Shown here: positions 63,258 to 64,000 of the stretch, piece after piece
How the letters are laid out: the number at the start of each line of letters is the position of its first letter
Position numbering within the stretch: the stretch's first letter is position 1
Origin: Hemiscyllium ocellatum
Lineage: Eukaryota
DNA length: 64,000 bases
NCBI RefSeq assembly: GCF_020745735.1
Contig: NW_026867530.1
Location: 964,831 to 1,028,830 of the forward strand
Direction: 5' to 3'
Position numbers and translations under genes: made by a program
The notes under the pieces: generated by a model
Told to the model about the DNA's origin: nothing
What the model saw: only the letters and a program-made list of their open reading frames with translations
Database searches by the model: none

Positions 63258-64000
63258 ATAGAAATTGGATATTGCTATAAAATAGGACATGCTCTTTTTT
63301 TTTGTCTTGCATACATCAGGATAGCTGCAAGGATTTTGATATGAAGGGAAACAACATTTTACACTGAACAAGAAAAGAGTTCTGATGCTTTGGAAAGTGC
63401 ACAATGATTGACCGAGATGTCCCCAATGGAAATGGACTGGTCAGATGGTGACGGACAGTTAACAGCTAAACATTGTTAAGTTTTCAATTGGTAGGTTGCC
63501 TTTGTGGTCAAGGTATTGCCCTGCCAAATGAGTCCGAGAATGGCCATCACCAATTTAGTCAAATCACAACAAGCATTGGCTGTTAACTGCCAATCATCAC
63601 CTGGTCCATTCTCCATGCCTTTACCAATCAGCACTCATTACCCAGACAGATTAAATGCTTTCTCCCTTCCCATTGGTATTCTTGAGAGTGTCCTGATAAG
63701 TACAATACTAAAGACTTGAATAAAAAAAACCTTTATTTCCATCAATACTCAAATGTCCATGCTGTCCCAGCTGGCAGAGGTGAAACTTCACTATAATGTA
63801 TCAGGCCGACAATGAACTGGTAAAGTTCTGCACTGGTCTCAGAGGGAAACCAGCAACAATGTCCTTGTGGAGACATTACTTTACCTTTGATCCTATACAG
63901 CAACAATTTCAAAGCCATTGAGGAACAGAAATAAATAGAAACAAACCACATGCACATACACACAGCACACTATTATGTAAAGTAATAGAGAGAAATGCTG

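Overview
Cartilaginous-fish (shark) genomic DNA. The SINE/CR1/Penelope repeat content and the Ig sequence suggest a carpet shark (Orectolobiformes); this is inference. The window holds one complete IgM heavy-chain cluster on the + strand: leader (32546-32594), VH (32723-33028), one D/J segment (33396-33449), Cmu1-Cmu4 with secretory tail (43618-50186), and TM1/TM2 (52958-53233). All exons are open and have canonical GT-AG sites. The main observation is that the cluster is partly pre-rearranged. The only JH is already fused to D-like sequence, is trimmed, and has no RSS of its own. The V end may also carry D1 sequence. One 22/12 RSS pair remains, enclosing a 367-bp segment, so the layout is V-DJ or VD-DJ, and a flush join would be in frame. 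Other candidates: a PU.1-plus-octamer module inside the segment that recombination would delete; a pentamer-built 44-46 bp repeat array and a G-rich tract in the J-C intron (switch-region-like positions); a ~590-bp inverted repeat upstream of V; a chimeric SINE/Penelope insert flanked by diverged 112-bp direct repeats; and three families of minimal hammerhead ribozymes carried by Penelope-like elements. The rest is minisatellite and decayed CR1/SINE/Penelope sequence. Repeat boundaries were read by eye and are approximate.
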